Below, piece after piece: positions 1-9,943 of a stretch of DNA of 64,000 bases. The translations under genes and the position numbers were made by a program. The first letter of the stretch is position 1, and each line of letters starts with the position of its first letter. The stretch is from Candidatus Nanosyncoccus sp. (lineage in GTDB: Bacteria; Patescibacteriota; Saccharimonadia; Saccharimonadales; Saccharimonadaceae): NCBI GenBank assembly GCA_045541995.1, contig JAZQKE010000002.1, forward strand, positions 36,399 through 100,398, in the 5' to 3' direction. Under the pieces are notes generated by a model. That model saw only the letters and a list, made by a program, of their open reading frames with translations. It was not told the DNA's origin and searched no databases.

Positions 1-2
1 GT

Positions 3-3000
3 GTGTTTTTTGCTATCTTAAGTATTTTCGGTTTTACAACCATAAGCGCTTTTGTCAACCCTCCTACTAACGTTTATGCCGAGCCTGCTGACACTGATTC
101 CTCATCTGACACAATCAAAAACTTACTCACTCCTGGTTCAAATCCTCCTACAACCAACTCACAAAACACAGAAAACACCACCGCCAACCCAAGTGGCAAC
201 CCTTCTGACGCGTCCGCCGATGGTACATCTACTGACAGTTCCAATCAAACCGCCAATCCTCAAACCACTGACAACTGTTACAGCCAAGTAGGCGCTCTTG
301 GTTGGTTTATTTGTCCTGGCGTCGGCGTCCTTAGTAAAGCCATCGACTCCATCTATTCTCAGATAGAGGTGCTCCTTCAAGTTAATCCCGTCTCAGTAGA
401 AGGAGACTCACCACTCTTTTACGTCTGGCAAATCATGCGCGATATCACCAATATTCTCTTCGTTATCGCTCTGTTGATTGTTATCTATTCCCAAGTCACC
501 GGTATCGGCATTACCAACTATGGCATCAAAAAGGCTTTGCCAAAACTAATCATCGCCGCTGTCTTAGTCAATCTCTCATTTATCCTCTGTGCGCTCGCTG
601 TTGACGCTAGCAACATCATTGGCTCTGGTCTCAGAGGAATCTTCGACAACATCCAGACCCAAGCTATTAACTCGGGCGGCTTATCTAGCGCTTCCACCAT
701 CACTTGGACAGATCTCGCAACCGCTCTCATCAGCGGCGGAGTTGTCGCTGGATTCGTCATCAGCGCGTCCTCCCTCCTCTTCCCAATTCTTGGCGCCGTA
801 CTCTGTGCTATTATCTCTGTCCTTGTGGGCCTAATTACCCTTGGGCTTCGTCAGTCACTTGTTTCAGTCTTGATTATGATTTCTCCTGTCGCTTTCATCT
901 GCTACCTGTTACCAAATACCGAAAAATGGTTTAGTAAGTGGAGAGAAGTCTTCATCTCTATGCTCATCTTCTATCCATTATTCAGCCTACTTTTCGGCGC
1001 CTCTCGCCTTGCTGGATGGACACTAATCACCACCTCTATCGCTAATGATAACGCCTTTGGGGTCGCCATCGGTATGGTAGTCCAGGTTCTACCTCTAGTC
1101 TTATCCATCTCCCTAATGAAAATGAGTGGCACTATCTTGGGCAAAGTCAGTAGCGGCCTTGATAAACTTGCTGATATTCCTCGCGGTGGCATCAGAGATA
1201 CTGCTAAAAGATACCGCCAATTTGCTCACGATAATCGCATTAATACTTCTGCATCACCGTCCGCACATCTCCAACGCTTCCTCGACCGTCGCAAACGTGG
1301 TCTCGAACTGGACACCGAAGATGCCGCTAGAACTCGTCTTAATCGTGCTGAATACTGGGCACAGCGTAATAGGTCCTCTGGTATCCAAAATTACGATTCC
1401 GCCTATGATGATGAGTACAAACATAACGGTGTAGATGAGAAAGGTAGAAAAACCAACCGCAAACTCCGCACTACGCGCTCTGCCCGCATCGCAAAGGAAG
1501 CCCTTACCTCTCAGATGGCCGCTGATAATGCTACTCGTGATGCCTCCCATATTCTCAGTGGATATGGAGAATTCCATAACCGTACCAAGCAAGATACTAT
1601 CCTCGGTAAAAAAGCTGCTGATACCTTTATCGAGATGGACCGCACTCTCCGTACTGAGGAAAATGATAGTTTCGCCGACCAAGACTGGCTCATGGGTAAA
1701 TATGATGCCTTCCGCAAAGCCGGAGAGGATTCTTATGCCTACAAACATTATATTATTGGCGGCGCCGGAGCTCTTGGCAAAACCGGCGAGAGCTTAGTTC
1801 TCGGCGAAGTCATCGCGAAATCAGCCCAAAACGAAGCCAAGCGTAAATCTTATGTCGGTCTCAATTTTGCTAAATATGGTTACAATAAATCTGACGCTAG
1901 GGACTGTATTACGGGGTACTCTGTTAATGATGATGGTTTTGCAGTCGATAGAGTTACCCGCAAACCTCTTTCCAGCTACACCGATCCAAAAACCGGTAAA
2001 ACTATCAAAATTAAAGAGCGTGTACCTGGTGAATTTCTTAAATACCATCCAGAATATCTTGAGCAGTGCGCCTACACGCTCAAAGACGAAAAAGGCTATT
2101 ACTTCAATGCTACCGACCAAGACGGCAAATTCGTTGCCCGTATTTATAAGAACGATGGTGCTGCCCTCAAAGAGATCTTTCAAAACTGGGATATGCCCAT
2201 CAACGATCCTATTAACGGTCTATATGGTATACTTTCCGGAGTCAAACCGGGCGCCCTCAAAAATGCCCATCCTGCTCTAGCCGATGTCGGTCTGTCCAAC
2301 TTCAGTACCACTCTACAGAGAGCTATGCTATCCTCTAAATTTAAAGAAAAAGCGGCCTTCGCCAGCCCGCTGTACGCAACCATGGTTGGTAATCGCGACA
2401 TCCAGGACTTTGTACACCAAGAACTAGCCCGCCTTGATAGTATTAATAAAACTGCCAAGCCAAGCAACTTTAATACTCAAGATGCGGCGGAATTCAAACA
2501 TTTGCAGATGCTGATGGATCCAGACAACTGGGATTGGATGCTATTTAATGAAGAGTCTCTTCGCTCTTTCCGCAATATCAACCGCCAAAAACTCACTGGT
2601 ACGCGCTACAAAAAGGATGCTAATGGGAATTACATCAAAAATAGTGATGGCTCCTACGCTTATGATGAAATTGCCGCCGACAGTGCCGATCTCACCTTTG
2701 ACGATCTTAAGAATACCGTAATTCGCAAATTCCTTGCTCCGGCCGGTCCAAAGTTCGCTACCCTTATGTCTAGAGTTACCCAAAACGTCAAGGATAATCA
2801 AAAACCTGGTGTTGCCGAGCCATGGAGCGGCACTCTCGACTCCCTAGAAAAATGGACCAAAGACGGTAATTTAGAAAGATTCCCAGGTCTCGTCGATCCA
2901 TATGCCGAGCAGCTTAGCGAGACTACCACACGTGCCCGTGAAGTCGATCGCCGAATTAGACCGAAGAAACAGGGTGATAAACAACAGGGCTCCAAACAAC

Positions 3001-3440
3001 CTGCTCATCTATCACCCAATCAGAATATTCCTATCAAAAATCAAGAGATCGTCAAAGCATCTCCAGAGCTTCAGGCTCGCAAAGAGGCCTCACAAAGCCG
3101 CGCATCTGGAAAATTTACCCGCATTGCAGAAGATATCGCCAACGATGTAGAGTACTCGAAATTCGAACGCTCCCAGCCTTGGTACGCATATGCAGGAAAG
3201 ACAAACTTCCAAGAGGACTACATCCAAGGTTTGCAACATCTCGCCGATAGTATTGATGATCAACGACTTTTCATCTCCGCGGCTGAAGAATATATTAACC
3301 AAACTTTCCCAAATGATGAACGATTTAGTGAAGCTTTCGACGACTTTAGATATTACGCGGACCTAAATTACACTGACAATACCCAAGATCTAGCAGATAC
3401 CCTAAGCGACATTATCTCCACACGTATATTCGAAGAATAG
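3..3440 (+). CDS. VirB6/TrbL-like T4SS polytopic membrane protein with long C-terminal cytoplasmic extension (5' end probably outside window)
   Basis: N-terminal S/T/N-rich linker, GWFICP motif, then ~7 hydrophobic segments including WQIMRDITN, LPKLIIAAVLVNLSF and SPVAFICYLLPNTEKWFSKW, typical of VirB6/TrbL-like proteins; lies directly upstream of PrgI and VirB4. Confidence 0.7.
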   Translation: MFFAILSIFGFTTISAFVNPPTNVYAEPADTDSSSDTIKNLLTPGSNPPTTNSQNTENTTANPSGNPSDASADGTSTDSSNQTANPQTTDNCYSQVGALGWFICPGVGVLSKAIDSIYSQIEVLLQVNPVSVEGDSPLFYVWQIMRDITNILFVIALLIVIYSQVTGIGITNYGIKKALPKLIIAAVLVNLSFILCALAVDASNIIGSGLRGIFDNIQTQAINSGGLSSASTITWTDLATALISGGVVAGFVISASSLLFPILGAVLCAIISVLVGLITLGLRQSLVSVLIMISPVAFICYLLPNTEKWFSKWREVFISMLIFYPLFSLLFGASRLAGWTLITTSIANDNAFGVAIGMVVQVLPLVLSISLMKMSGTILGKVSSGLDKLADIPRGGIRDTAKRYRQFAHDNRINTSASPSAHLQRFLDRRKRGLELDTEDAARTRLNRAEYWAQRNRSSGIQNYDSAYDDEYKHNGVDEKGRKTNRKLRTTRSARIAKEALTSQMAADNATRDASHILSGYGEFHNRTKQDTILGKKAADTFIEMDRTLRTEENDSFADQDWLMGKYDAFRKAGEDSYAYKHYIIGGAGALGKTGESLVLGEVIAKSAQNEAKRKSYVGLNFAKYGYNKSDARDCITGYSVNDDGFAVDRVTRKPLSSYTDPKTGKTIKIKERVPGEFLKYHPEYLEQCAYTLKDEKGYYFNATDQDGKFVARIYKNDGAALKEIFQNWDMPINDPINGLYGILSGVKPGALKNAHPALADVGLSNFSTTLQRAMLSSKFKEKAAFASPLYATMVGNRDIQDFVHQELARLDSINKTAKPSNFNTQDAAEFKHLQMLMDPDNWDWMLFNEESLRSFRNINRQKLTGTRYKKDANGNYIKNSDGSYAYDEIAADSADLTFDDLKNTVIRKFLAPAGPKFATLMSRVTQNVKDNQKPGVAEPWSGTLDSLEKWTKDGNLERFPGLVDPYAEQLSETTTRAREVDRRIRPKKQGDKQQGSKQPAHLSPNQNIPIKNQEIVKASPELQARKEASQSRASGKFTRIAEDIANDVEYSKFERSQPWYAYAGKTNFQEDYIQGLQHLADSIDDQRLFISAAEEYINQTFPNDERFSEAFDDFRYYADLNYTDNTQDLADTLSDIISTRIFEE

Positions 3441-3498
3441 AAACCGTCCATTCCCCCCACATTTATCCAATATTCCACTTCATCTTTTATTCCATTTA

Positions 3499-3507
3499 TG
3501 CTAAAAT
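3499..3507 (+). promoter_or_regulatory. Extended -10 promoter (TGCTAAAAT), leaderless-type
   Basis: TGnTAnAAT exactly 6 nt before ATG 3514; no SD. Confidence 0.6.
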
Positions 3508-3513
3508 AGTATC

Positions 3514-4242
3514 ATGGCGCAATATAAGGTCCCTCAGGACGTTGAAGCCGACGATAAGCTTCTTGGTCCATTCACCTTTCGCCAGTTCATCTATCTTATG
3601 ATTATGGGTGGATGTATTGGTGTTGCTTTTGGGCTCTTTCAAATTTTCCCACTTCTTGCAATTATCCCTATTCCTTTTGCCTTGTTTTTTGGCGCTCTAG
3701 CACTACCAATCAAACGTGATCAACCAATGGAGACTTACTTAGCAGCAATTATTTCTTATCATCTCAAGCCCCGCAAGCGTCTTTGGCATCCTGGCCAGCG
3801 CGAGTCCACCATCGAAATCACTGCTCCAAAGGTAGTAGAGCAACCTCGCACCCGCGAGCTCTCTGGCGAGGAAGCGGGAAATCGTCTATCTTTCCTGGCT
3901 AATGTCGTAGATACCGAAGGATATGCCGTACGTGGCGATATCCCCAACGCCCCGCTTCGCGAGGATTATCTTGCAGAAGCCGCCAGTACTCCAGATGTTC
4001 TTGATGCTAATTCATCTGCCATCATCAATCAAAAGCTCGCAGCTCAGCAAAATGCCCAGCATCAACAAGCACTTAATCAGATGCGTAATGCAATTAACCA
4101 AACTGGTAATCCAACTTACGAAGACGAGATTGACTACGGCAGCATTCCTAGTGCTTCGCTGCAAAATCTCGCTAATAATAATCAATATTCCGTCGAAACT
4201 ATATCAAAAGAAGCCGCTCGTATAGGCAGGGAAAACCAATAG
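3514..4242 (+). CDS. PrgI family (VirB3-like) T4SS membrane protein
   Basis: YKVPQDVEADDKLLGPFTFRQF N-terminus, two TM helices, then DQPMETYL..I.YHLKPRKRLW; classic PrgI pattern. Confidence 0.85.
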   Translation: MAQYKVPQDVEADDKLLGPFTFRQFIYLMIMGGCIGVAFGLFQIFPLLAIIPIPFALFFGALALPIKRDQPMETYLAAIISYHLKPRKRLWHPGQRESTIEITAPKVVEQPRTRELSGEEAGNRLSFLANVVDTEGYAVRGDIPNAPLREDYLAEAASTPDVLDANSSAIINQKLAAQQNAQHQQALNQMRNAINQTGNPTYEDEIDYGSIPSASLQNLANNNQYSVETISKEAARIGRENQ

Positions 4243-4252
4243 GAGAACACTG

Positions 4253-5380
4253 ATGAACCCACAAGACAATCCACAGTACAATCCGCAATATAGAGCCTAC
4301 AATCCATACATTACTGGCATGCCAATTCAGCAGCCAACACCTACTATGCAGCCAGTTATTCAACAACCAGCTACCCCTCAGCAGCCGCCAGTACAACCTT
4401 CTACACCAACTATGCAGCCCGTCCTAAATCAACAAGTGCCGGTCCAGCCAGCTCAGCCTACTCCTCCAGTAGCCCCACAGCCTAACCCTATCCCTCAGCC
4501 TCAGCCTCTCCCTCAACAACCATTATCTCAGCCTACAGGACAGCCTATAAACCAACCAGTTTCACAGCCTCAGCAACTACCCCAACAGGCTCCAGTCCAG
4601 CCAGTCTCACCTATATCTAACGCTCCCACTACTCAAGCCAATACTAATAAGCCTGCTGTTACTACCAAAGCTACTACTGAAGCCCCTCTATCTACCCAGG
4701 CCACTCTGCTCATCTCTGAGCTTCGTGATGGTCTAGTAGTAATGAAAGACGGCTCCTTCCGTGCTGTTGTAGCCTGTCAATCCATCAACTTCGACCTCAT
4801 GAGCGAGTCCGAACGTGAAGCTGTCGAGTACTCTTATCAAAACTTTCTCAACTCGCTCAACTTCACCACCCAAATCCTCATCCGTTCGCAACGCGTCGAC
4901 ATCGGCCCATACATCGAGCGCCTCACTGATATCCGCAAAAACACCGATAATATGCTCCTTGGCGTTTTAATGGACGATTATATCAACTTCATCGATATCC
5001 TTTCCCAAGAAGCAAACATTATGGACAAGTCTTTCTTTATTGTTATTCCATACTATACGTCTACTGATGCCGAAAAAGTCTTAACCCAAACCAAAAATAT
5101 CTTTAGTAGCTTTGCTAAACCCAAGCAGACAGAGATCACCAAGATTGACCGCGCAACTTACGATAAAGCTGTTACCGAACTAAATAACCGCGTAGAGTCT
5201 GTCATCTCCGGTCTTTTCCAGATTGGGATTCATTCCGTCCGTCTCAACACCCGCGAGCTTGGCGCACTCTATTATAATTTCAATAATCCAGATACTGCCG
5301 TCCGCGAACCACTCGTCGATTTTTCCAAACTCGCTACTACCTATGTAAAGAAAGGAGATTCTAATGCCGCGCAAGAATAA
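4253..5380 (+). CDS. T4SS VirB4-associated protein (TraE/TrsD N-domain-like) with Q/P-rich N-terminal low-complexity region
   Basis: First ~140 aa are Q/P/T rich; then STQATLLISELRDGLVVMKDGSFRAVV..SINFDLMS..EREAV...YQNFLNSLNF..QILIRS; overlaps the virB4 start. Confidence 0.6.
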   Translation: MNPQDNPQYNPQYRAYNPYITGMPIQQPTPTMQPVIQQPATPQQPPVQPSTPTMQPVLNQQVPVQPAQPTPPVAPQPNPIPQPQPLPQQPLSQPTGQPINQPVSQPQQLPQQAPVQPVSPISNAPTTQANTNKPAVTTKATTEAPLSTQATLLISELRDGLVVMKDGSFRAVVACQSINFDLMSESEREAVEYSYQNFLNSLNFTTQILIRSQRVDIGPYIERLTDIRKNTDNMLLGVLMDDYINFIDILSQEANIMDKSFFIVIPYYTSTDAEKVLTQTKNIFSSFAKPKQTEITKIDRATYDKAVTELNNRVESVISGLFQIGIHSVRLNTRELGALYYNFNNPDTAVREPLVDFSKLATTYVKKGDSNAAQE

Positions 5381-7199
5381 AAACCAACTCACAGCCGCAG
5401 AAATTGCTGCTCAAGCTCAGGCTATGGAAGAAGCTGAAATTCAGCGCGCTTTCGAGCAGGGTATCACCACCCTTCGCGACCTAATCTCTCCGTCTTCCAT
5501 CGAAATCCACTCCGACTACTTCCGCCTAGGTACTAAATATGGTCGTACGCTCTACGTCTATGGTTATCCTCGTGCTCTTATCACTGGCTGGCTCTCTCCT
5601 CTGATTAATATTGATGAGGTCTTGGATATTTCGATGTATGTTTACCCAGTAGATACTACCGTTGTCATGAAAAACCTTCAGAAAAAAGTTACCCAGCTTG
5701 AGGCATCCATCGCCGTCAATACCGAGCGTGGCAAGATTCGTGATCCAGAGCTAGAGGCCGCCATTGGAGATGCCGAAGAACTGCGCGATCAGCTCCAAGT
5801 TGGCGCCGAAAAGTTTTTCCGTTTTGGTCTCTATGTTACCCTCTGGGCCGATTCTCTAGAAGAACTTGGTTTCGTACAACGCAAAATCGAGACTCTCTTT
5901 GGGCAACAAATGGTTTTCTCCAAAGTCGCTAGTTCGCAACAAGAGCAGGGCATGAACTCCTGTATGCCTCAGTGCACCGATCAGCTCTTGATTAGGCGCA
6001 ATATGAATACCGGCGCCATCTCCACCAGTTTCCCATTCACCTCTGCCGACCTTACCCAAGAAAAGGGCATCCTCTACGGCATCAACATGCATAATAATGG
6101 CCTGGTAATTTTTGATCGTTTCTCCCTAGAAAATGCCAACATGGTGGTCTTCGCTAAATCTGGTGCTGGTAAATCTTTTACCGTCAAACTAGAAGCTCTT
6201 CGCTCAATGATGACCGGCTCAGAAATTCTCATTATCGACCCAGAAAATGAATACCAAAAACTTGCCGATGCCGTCGGTGGTACCTACATCCGCCTATCTC
6301 TCAATTCTGACGTTCGCATTAACCCATTTGATCTACCAAAAGTCGTCGATGCCGAAGACGCTAATGACGCTTTGCGCGCTAACTTAGTCACCCTGCATGG
6401 TCTTTTACGCTTAATGCTCACCAATTCACAACAAGGACGCGGTACTGTAAATCAAGGTCTCACCCCTACCGAGGAAGCCGATCTTGACCAAGCCTTAATC
6501 GATACTTACGCCCGTGCCGGCATCACTTCTGATCCTTTGACGCATCAGTCTACTCCGCCGACCATTCTTAACCTATACGATACTCTCCTTCATATGGGTG
6601 GCACTGGTCCAAACCTCGCCCAGCGTCTTCGCAAATATACTACTGGTACTTTTGCTGGAATTTTCTCACAGCAATCCAATGTCGATATTAATAACCAAAT
6701 GGTCGTATTTAATATCCGTGATTTGGAGGATGAGTTACGCCCTGTCGCAATGTACATTGTCCTATCTCATATCTGGAACACCGTCCGTGCCGAACAAAAA
6801 CGTCGCCTCCTAATAGTAGATGAGGCCTGGCAGCTCATGCAGTATGAAGATTCCGCCAACTTCCTCTTCAGTCTCGCCAAGCGTGCCCGTAAATACTATC
6901 TCGGCCTCACAACTATCACCCAAGATGTTGAGGATTTTATGTCTACCAAACTTGGCCGCGCCATCGTCGCCAACTCCTCTATGCAAATCCTCCTCAAACA
7001 ATCTAGTTCAGCCGTAGATGTCCTGTCCGATGTATTTAAGCTCACCAACGAAGAAAAGAAGCGTCTTGCTAGCTTCCCAGTCGGTCAAGGTCTTTTCTTC
7101 GCCGGCCAAAACCACGTTCATATCCAGATTATCGCTTCCGAAACAGAAGAGTCTTTAATCACTACTACCCCGAATACCAATACTCGTCAAGCTTTCTAG
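5364..7199 (+). CDS. virB4: VirB4/TraE-family T4SS ATPase
   Basis: Walker A AKSGAGKS, IIDPENEY, Walker B LIVDEAW, RARKYYLG..TITQ; SD AAGGAG upstream. Confidence 0.9.
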   Translation: MPRKNKNQLTAAEIAAQAQAMEEAEIQRAFEQGITTLRDLISPSSIEIHSDYFRLGTKYGRTLYVYGYPRALITGWLSPLINIDEVLDISMYVYPVDTTVVMKNLQKKVTQLEASIAVNTERGKIRDPELEAAIGDAEELRDQLQVGAEKFFRFGLYVTLWADSLEELGFVQRKIETLFGQQMVFSKVASSQQEQGMNSCMPQCTDQLLIRRNMNTGAISTSFPFTSADLTQEKGILYGINMHNNGLVIFDRFSLENANMVVFAKSGAGKSFTVKLEALRSMMTGSEILIIDPENEYQKLADAVGGTYIRLSLNSDVRINPFDLPKVVDAEDANDALRANLVTLHGLLRLMLTNSQQGRGTVNQGLTPTEEADLDQALIDTYARAGITSDPLTHQSTPPTILNLYDTLLHMGGTGPNLAQRLRKYTTGTFAGIFSQQSNVDINNQMVVFNIRDLEDELRPVAMYIVLSHIWNTVRAEQKRRLLIVDEAWQLMQYEDSANFLFSLAKRARKYYLGLTTITQDVEDFMSTKLGRAIVANSSMQILLKQSSSAVDVLSDVFKLTNEEKKRLASFPVGQGLFFAGQNHVHIQIIASETEESLITTTPNTNTRQAF

Positions 7200-7279
7200 C
7201 TAGCATTATCTAAGTTAGGCACATAATCCACCTTCTCCTGTTGTTCTACACCCCTTATTATGGTATAATTTAATCAGTT

Positions 7280-9943
7280 ATGTCGGGTCAAAAAAACTAT
7301 TTTGGCAAAGATTCCATTCGCCCTGATTTTTTAAATCCCAAAAAAACTTTATCCGCTGCCGAGACCAACGCCCATCGTGCTCCAACTTCTAAAGCCAACG
7401 ATCTAGAGTCCAACCCCCAGCCTGTCAAATCTCTTTATGTTGGCCAAAGCCGCTCCGGACCTACTCGCCGTCGCTCTCAAACTTCACTTCCCAAACAATC
7501 TAACCCCAAAAACTTTTTCAATAACATACGAAAAAAATTCCGCAGTCACAAAACATTATATTTCGCACCATTAGCACTTATTGCCATTATTGCCATCGTT
7601 TTTATCTTTATCTTCAGTTCGACCAGCTTTCTTGGTCCACATATTAGTGCATTATTTACAGATTCTACAAATACCGACTATACTGCATATAATTTACGCA
7701 CCAATGAAGTAATTGTCGAAATTCTCTCTGGGTCCCAAAAAATGCCGGACTATCTCAGAGACCGTTTTCAAAAAGAGGGAATCACCACCAATAATGACCA
7801 CTCATTATCTTTTAATGGCAACACTATCACTGCTGCCAACTTTGAAACTTCTTACAACAACAATGCCGACTTCCGCGAAGCCGTTATTCGCGCCCATCGT
7901 GGTCGTGCTGCAACTTTCTTCGATTCCGCCGCTGAGACTTTTTATAAAAAACTAGGCCTTTCTCGCGATGTACTACATGATTACCAAACTACAGGCAATG
8001 CCGAGTCTGATACCGCAAATTACGATCAAATCATGACTGAATATTTTGACGTTCAAAGTAACTCTACCATCGAAACCGCAACAAATAAAACTACTACCGA
8101 CTCTAATGGTAATAAAATTACCACCACTTCCACATCTGGCACTGTTTCTAGCAATTCTTTTTCCAGTGCCGATACTAAGGCTCGCGCTAGCGAGTTTCTT
8201 GATGCAGTTGGTAATGAAGTCGAGTCGTCATCAACTAGTTGTGCCGCCCGCACCACCGGTGACACAATTGCCACAGCCGTCGCTTCCAATGCTAAATACA
8301 CCTACGCAAATACCTTTATGACAATCATGGAAAGTATTAGTAAAGCTATGGCTGGCGAAGCAAATAGTTCTGGAATCAACAATGTTCTCAATTGGTTTAC
8401 CAAACCAGAAACAGCTACCGTCCATAATCCTACTACTGGCCAAGAGTCTCAGGTTACCGGCACCCCATTGGAAGCGCAATCCGTACGCGCAGTTTTGAGC
8501 GGACTTCCAATCGACCAATCAAAAACTCAGGACTACTCGCTTGAACGCGCTTTTGTTGCTACAGACTCAAGTATCAACAATTCTGATCTTTTCGCTTCTC
8601 CATGCGATGACCAAACCGACAACATTGCCCTAAGCCTTAACGCGCAGGGTACGCCGGGATCAAACTTTGTCCGGACCACCATCGGAGCCTTACTTAATAC
8701 TACTGTTGGCTCTGGCTTCAGAATCACTGCTAGCTCTACTCTTAGCCTACTCATCCCGTCAATTTCCGATGTTTTGTATAGCAATGCTTATCAATCCGCA
8801 GTTGGCGTTTCTGGAGGAGAACTGTTTGGCATGGGCGCGGCCAACGTTAACCAACTAGCAGCCCAACAAAATTCCGGCGCCACAGGAGCCTCCAAAGAAC
8901 AAGTCTTGGCCTACAACCAGGCAAATAATATCGTTCTCGCACAACAGGCGGAGATCGACCAGAAAAACCATAGCCCTTTTGATACTTCTAATCCCCACAC
9001 CTTTCTTGGTTCCGTTGCCAGCTCCTTCATACCTCTAGCCACCACTACTTCTACAGCCTTTGTACCAATCTCAACCTTCTCCTCAATTTCTACTACCGCT
9101 TTGGCTAATATTAACCCTACCTATGCCGCAGGCGAAAATACGTCTTATCTCACCAATTTCGGCGATAATTGTCAAAAATCTAATTCTATCGGTGCCGTTA
9201 GTAATGTTTATTGCAATATGATTGCCGTCAACGACCTTTCCACTATTAACATCCCAGAAAACGATCCTGCCTACCAAAAAGTCATTTCAGAATCAATCGA
9301 TTATATTGATGGCAAAGAAGTCGTCCGCGAAGGCTCCCCTCTTGCAGATTTTATTACGTACTGGACTGGACGCTACTCAATGCCGGGCATCTACGATGCC
9401 AATATTGCTTCCGCTTGTGAAGAAAACCGTACCGGCAATATTCCTATCTTATCTAGCGTTATCAGCATGATTAAACCCGTCTCAGAATATTGTCGCTCCG
9501 TAGCCGATGGCTCACGCTATATCAACTCTAGCTCCAACCCATATTGGGCCACCGAAAAATATCATCAGCTTTGGGTACTAAATGCACGCGTCAAAGAAAA
9601 CTTGGGCTTTTACCAGAATTCTACCAACCCACTTACAGCTTACCGCGAGCAATACGACCAAAACCACCCTCTAGATAATTCCCGGTCTGGCTATCTCGCC
9701 CGTATCTCCGGCCTCTCCAAATATGATGCCGAGACAGTCATTGCTCTCTTCGACTATTACCAAAAAGTTGCAGATTACCACCCTCAATACGCCTACCAGT
9801 TTGCTCACCAAGCGAATTCACCTTTTTCTCCATCTCCTACTGATATATCCAATCAATATTCATATGATTCCGAAGATACAGCCCTCACCGCAATTAGTGC
9901 CGCTGCTACCTCACTGATTCGTAGGGAGGAGACATCAGCATGA
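7280..9943 (+). CDS. Large membrane-anchored hypothetical protein of the T4SS locus
   Basis: 887 aa ORF; basic N-terminus, one TM (LALIAIIAIVFIFIF), long S/T-rich ectodomain with Cys pairs; preceded by TGGTATAAT (7261-7269). Confidence 0.75.
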   Translation: MSGQKNYFGKDSIRPDFLNPKKTLSAAETNAHRAPTSKANDLESNPQPVKSLYVGQSRSGPTRRRSQTSLPKQSNPKNFFNNIRKKFRSHKTLYFAPLALIAIIAIVFIFIFSSTSFLGPHISALFTDSTNTDYTAYNLRTNEVIVEILSGSQKMPDYLRDRFQKEGITTNNDHSLSFNGNTITAANFETSYNNNADFREAVIRAHRGRAATFFDSAAETFYKKLGLSRDVLHDYQTTGNAESDTANYDQIMTEYFDVQSNSTIETATNKTTTDSNGNKITTTSTSGTVSSNSFSSADTKARASEFLDAVGNEVESSSTSCAARTTGDTIATAVASNAKYTYANTFMTIMESISKAMAGEANSSGINNVLNWFTKPETATVHNPTTGQESQVTGTPLEAQSVRAVLSGLPIDQSKTQDYSLERAFVATDSSINNSDLFASPCDDQTDNIALSLNAQGTPGSNFVRTTIGALLNTTVGSGFRITASSTLSLLIPSISDVLYSNAYQSAVGVSGGELFGMGAANVNQLAAQQNSGATGASKEQVLAYNQANNIVLAQQAEIDQKNHSPFDTSNPHTFLGSVASSFIPLATTTSTAFVPISTFSSISTTALANINPTYAAGENTSYLTNFGDNCQKSNSIGAVSNVYCNMIAVNDLSTINIPENDPAYQKVISESIDYIDGKEVVREGSPLADFITYWTGRYSMPGIYDANIASACEENRTGNIPILSSVISMIKPVSEYCRSVADGSRYINSSSNPYWATEKYHQLWVLNARVKENLGFYQNSTNPLTAYREQYDQNHPLDNSRSGYLARISGLSKYDAETVIALFDYYQKVADYHPQYAYQFAHQANSPFSPSPTDISNQYSYDSEDTALTAISAAATSLIRREETSA

